A stretch of DNA of 64,000 bases from an uncultured Gammaproteobacteria bacterium. GTDB taxonomy: Bacteria; Patescibacteriota; Microgenomatia; Daviesbacterales; UBA10151. The stretch covers positions 20,164 to 84,163 of the forward strand of contig CAYUPO010000004.1 of the NCBI GenBank assembly GCA_964446685.1, read 5' to 3'. The translations under genes were made by a program, and so were the position numbers. Shown in pieces: positions 60,767-64,000 of the stretch (within the stretch, counting starts at the first letter, position 1; each line of letters begins with the position of its first letter). The notes under the pieces are model-generated. The model was given only the letters and a program-made list of their open reading frames with translations. It did no database searches and was not told the DNA's origin.

Positions 60767-60884
60767 GTCATTTCGAGCGAGGAGCGAGAAATCTCTAGAT
60801 TAAAACCAATGTTTATTCCTAGTAAATCTTAAGATCTCTCACTTCCGTCAGGAAGAAAGCTCTGCTTACTACGTTCGAGATGAC
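60767..60884. repeat. GTCATTTCGAG REP-like palindrome with nested mini-hairpins
   Basis: gtcatttcgagc..gagaaatct ... agatctctc..cttccgtcaggaag..aagctctgctt..gttcgagatgac. Confidence 0.75.
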
Positions 60885-60907
60885 GTTAAAAGAAAGGAGG
60901 TGTAAAA

Positions 60908-61171
60908 ATGGAAATACCTAAACAACGAGTTATTAATCTTAGCGCGAGTACTTGTCCTGATATGGATTGGACAAATAAACATGATCCGAATGCAATTTTA
61001 TATTTAGATTTTAAAAAACCAGGGTTAAGCTCAGTCATTGTCGATTTGACAAACACAGAACATGTAGCAAAAAATTATTTAAAAGCGATGTCTGATCCAA
61101 GTGTCCTATTATATTTAACACCGACAGTATTGTGGAGAAATAAAACAGTTAAATATCCTGCCCGGATTTAA
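60908..61171 (+). CDS. small hypothetical protein
   Basis: AAAGAAAGGAGG SD before ATG. Confidence 0.65.
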   Translation: MEIPKQRVINLSASTCPDMDWTNKHDPNAILYLDFKKPGLSSVIVDLTNTEHVAKNYLKAMSDPSVLLYLTPTVLWRNKTVKYPARI

Positions 61172-62003
61172 GATTTAGTTCTTTTTCAGCGCTTTTTCCC
61201 TGGACTACGATTTCCAGGAATCTTTTTTCGTCCAGTCCTGAGCTGCCGATTATCAATGCTGGCTTATCTTCTGGAACGTCTTTCAGACGGTTATAACATA
61301 TTAGTGTCATTCTGGCTTGTCCAGAATCAACCTTAGTCACAACAGATTGCTTCGTCGTTCCTCCTCGCAATGACGTTGGGAAAAATACTTTTTTACCCGC
61401 TTTAAAACCAATGTCTTCAGGTAAAAGTGTGGTTTTTACATTGCCAAAATTATCAATCCACCAGATAGCTTTTGGAAGATGCGGAACATTTTTTAGAGGA
61501 TATTTTTCTGAAGGTATTTCTATTCCTTCAGCCAACCAGGCAGCTACCCGAGGTAAAAATTCAAAACTCCGAAATTGAGTATGTGAAATATGCTCTACTA
61601 AATCTTTTGATACTATCCCCTGCTGTTTCAGATATTTCATTACTGTCGGAATATCCATCACATTAATATGATTGACTATTCCCAGTTTTTTAACCAAAGA
61701 CAAAGATAATCCATCAACTGATATTACAACCAATGTTTCTTTGTAATGAAAAAAACCAAATGGAGTCCCATTGGGCCATTTCTTTCCGGATTTATGGCGA
61801 GGAGCTACATTAACTAAAATAACCCCTTTCTTGCCCGCTGAAGCATCCAGCATATCTATCAGATTTCCTGCCGCTTCCAGATCTGCGTCCCAACCATTAA
61901 CACCGATAGTCGTAACATTGCATTCAAACAAAGTCGACAACCGGGTGGTTGAACGACCAAGAGCATTATCATCTTTACAATCAGTTATCAAAGTTACAAA
62001 CAT
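61149..62003 (-). CDS. SAM hydroxide adenosyltransferase/halogenase (DUF62)-like protein with in-frame REP insertion
   Basis: VTLITD, LVNVAPR, QFRS, WIDNFGNVKT, LEI.V.G.SA...L. Confidence 0.75.
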   Translation of the reverse strand: MFVTLITDCKDDNALGRSTTRLSTLFECNVTTIGVNGWDADLEAAGNLIDMLDASAGKKGVILVNVAPRHKSGKKWPNGTPFGFFHYKETLVVISVDGLSLSLVKKLGIVNHINVMDIPTVMKYLKQQGIVSKDLVEHISHTQFRSFEFLPRVAAWLAEGIEIPSEKYPLKNVPHLPKAIWWIDNFGNVKTTLLPEDIGFKAGKKVFFPTSLRGGTTKQSVVTKVDSGQARMTLICYNRLKDVPEDKPALIIGSSGLDEKRFLEIVVQGKSAEKELNLKSGQDI

Positions 62004-62124
62004 ATTTCATCCGTCCTCACGCCTGAGTATCCTATCACACCAGCCTATTCAATTCAATCAAACCTATTGTAAGATTTAGCAAATCAATAGTTGTATTCTT
62101 ACATCTATTTGGTAAACTTTTTTT

Positions 62125-62565
62125 ATGAATGAAAAGGGAGAAGGTCCAGATTTTCCAGGAAATATTACGCCAATAAGAGAAGGTGTAATTCCTGAACCAA
62201 ACAATCCACCAAAACCTGAAAAACCTGGAAAAAGAAAGTTTCTTCAGGCAGCAGCACTCCTACTTGCAGGCATTCCTGCCACTATTGGATCTGGTCTAAT
62301 AACAAATAATTTAACTAAACCAAATTCTGAAAATAATAATTTAGATAAACAACCAGCAAACCAACCTATGAAATCGTACAGCAAATCGCCACAATATGCT
62401 CCTACTCCAACTGAAGAAGATAAAAGAATTAGTGATGAATACCGCCAAAAACATCAGCAGATGTTAAATAATCCTGATGCTCCAGGATCTAAGATTGAAG
62501 GAATCCAACATCCTCAAAGCACAGCAACTCCATATCCAAATTCTCCTGCACATAAAATAAAATAA
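62125..62565 (+). CDS. hypothetical membrane-anchored protein
   Basis: KRKFLQ followed by hydrophobic segment; Pro/Asn-rich. Confidence 0.6.
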   Translation: MNEKGEGPDFPGNITPIREGVIPEPNNPPKPEKPGKRKFLQAAALLLAGIPATIGSGLITNNLTKPNSENNNLDKQPANQPMKSYSKSPQYAPTPTEEDKRISDEYRQKHQQMLNNPDAPGSKIEGIQHPQSTATPYPNSPAHKIK

Positions 62566-62602
62566 TTGCATTTTACTATAAGTTATAATATAATATCAGT
62601 CT

Positions 62603-62905
62603 ATGCCAGAATTACAAAGTCGAGTTCAGAATTTAGATGGTCGAGTTGTTATCATCGATCCGTCTTTTGATAGAAACCCAAATCCTGTATGGGATGTGCC
62701 CACTCTTGATCAAATAAAAGCTCAGAAAAGAATATCTGATTGGGAAAAGAAAAAGAAAGCACTGGAATACCAGGGAAAATTTAGATCTCCATCACTCGCA
62801 ATGGAACTGCGATTCAAAACATCTCTAGCATACCTTCAACCATTCGTTGAAACAGGTGTGGCACTTGGAATTTATACAGATAGGCTAGTAAGACTTTTTA
62901 GCTAA
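62603..62905 (+). CDS. hypothetical protein
   Basis: 100-aa ORF with leaderless TATAAT start. Confidence 0.55.
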   Translation: MPELQSRVQNLDGRVVIIDPSFDRNPNPVWDVPTLDQIKAQKRISDWEKKKKALEYQGKFRSPSLAMELRFKTSLAYLQPFVETGVALGIYTDRLVRLFS

Positions 62906-64000
62906 CTATAATATCTTTCACCTTCAACTGTAAATTTTCCTGACCATTGTATTTGTTTATTTCCAGGGTATATGCGACATCAGCTGTTGTGGCGTTTACC
63001 ATTTTTTTAACCAACTCTCCCATTCCAAATGCAATGGCATCAATTCCATCGGCTTTGAATTTTAAATGTTTTCCATCTGATAAAGTTCTGACATCCGACA
63101 ACTGCATCCCTCTACTGGCTAATATTATTTGGGGATTTTTATAACCAAATGGGGCAAACTGATTTATTTTTTTGACAAGCGGTTTTGACAGTAAATTACT
63201 TTCTACCTCTGCTTCAATATTCAAAACTTTTTCACCCGGCAATTCGACTGTTTCCATCAGTGTTTCCAATTTTGTTTTAAATGCGGCAATATTTTCTTCC
63301 TTCAGTGAAAAACCTGCTGCACCGGAGTGACCCCCGATATCTATTAATAAATCTGATGTTTGTCTGAGGAGTTCAACTATATTTACCCCGTCTACACTAC
63401 GGGCTGAACCTTTGGCTTTCCCATCTGATACAGACATTGCCAGGGATGGCAAATAATACTCTTCAGTAATCCTTCCGGCGATTAATCCAATGATTCCGGG
63501 ATTCCATTTATCAGACCAGAGAACCTGGATTTTATTTTCTTTTTTAACCATTAACTGCGCTTCCTCCAGCGCCTGTGCCGTCACCTGCTGCCTTTCGGTA
63601 TTTGTATCACATAGCAGCTTCGCCAGCCTTTTTGCCTTTAAAGGATCTTTAGTACACACCAGTCTCAAAGCATCAATTGCGTGAGCTAGTCTACCAATCG
63701 CATTTATTCTGGGAGCAATCATATGACCAATTTCATATGAGCCAATTGATCCTAATTCCAGTTTTGATTGTCTAACCAGCTCCTGCAATCCGATATTTTT
63801 AGTTTCATTTAATATTTTTAATCCTTCCCAGACAAAACTTCTATTAACTTCAAGAAGCGGCATCATATCAGCAATAGTGGCAATTGCTACAAGTTCCAGT
63901 AATTCATTTTCCAGTTTTTTTGAAATCTTTCCTCTTATCAAACACCAGGCCACCGCAGTACCACACATTTTTATAGAATGCACAATTGCCAAAGCCTCAG
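62898..64000 (-). CDS. recJ: single-stranded DNA exonuclease RecJ (5' part outside window)
   Basis: ATIADMMPL..NR, APRINAIGRL, GIIGLIAGR, GSARS, GGHSGAAG, DGKHLKF. Confidence 0.96.
   Translation of the reverse strand, partial: EALAIVHSIKMCGTAVAWCLIRGKISKKLENELLELVAIATIADMMPLLEVNRSFVWEGLKILNETKNIGLQELVRQSKLELGSIGSYEIGHMIAPRINAIGRLAHAIDALRLVCTKDPLKAKRLAKLLCDTNTERQQVTAQALEEAQLMVKKENKIQVLWSDKWNPGIIGLIAGRITEEYYLPSLAMSVSDGKAKGSARSVDGVNIVELLRQTSDLLIDIGGHSGAAGFSLKEENIAAFKTKLETLMETVELPGEKVLNIEAEVESNLLSKPLVKKINQFAPFGYKNPQIILASRGMQLSDVRTLSDGKHLKFKADGIDAIAFGMGELVKKMVNATTADVAYTLEINKYNGQENLQLKVKDIIVS

Overview
AT-rich bacterial chromosome segment whose gene content points to Patescibacteria/CPR, probably Microgenomates (inference from split transketolase, archaeal-type non-discriminating AspRS, class II RNR and pervasive leaderless genes). 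Housekeeping blocks: btuR, nrdJ and nrdR; a stress/two-component cluster; cell-wall enzymes; a non-oxidative pentose-phosphate/sugar cluster; dnaQ-GIY-YIG, mutS, mutL; tRNA-Gln next to an Rhs polymorphic toxin locus; rsmF-like, gltX, aspS, recJ. The most unusual signals are non-coding. (1) A ~100-bp-period array downstream of nrdJ holds five differently coded copies of the gene's last 11 codons and stop. Four copies and the live end are each followed by their own complementary strand and a covarying hairpin. A miniature version follows the pterin dehydratase gene, and a partial one follows tRNA-Gln. (2) Three tandem promoter / leader peptide / antiterminator / terminator units (attenuator-like) sit in front of small unknown genes at 58.3-61 kb. 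(3) Several families of palindromic mini-elements occur, one inserted in frame inside a gene and one carrying a four-helix-bundle ORF between 49-bp inverted repeats. All protein calls are by motif recognition; no database search was run.
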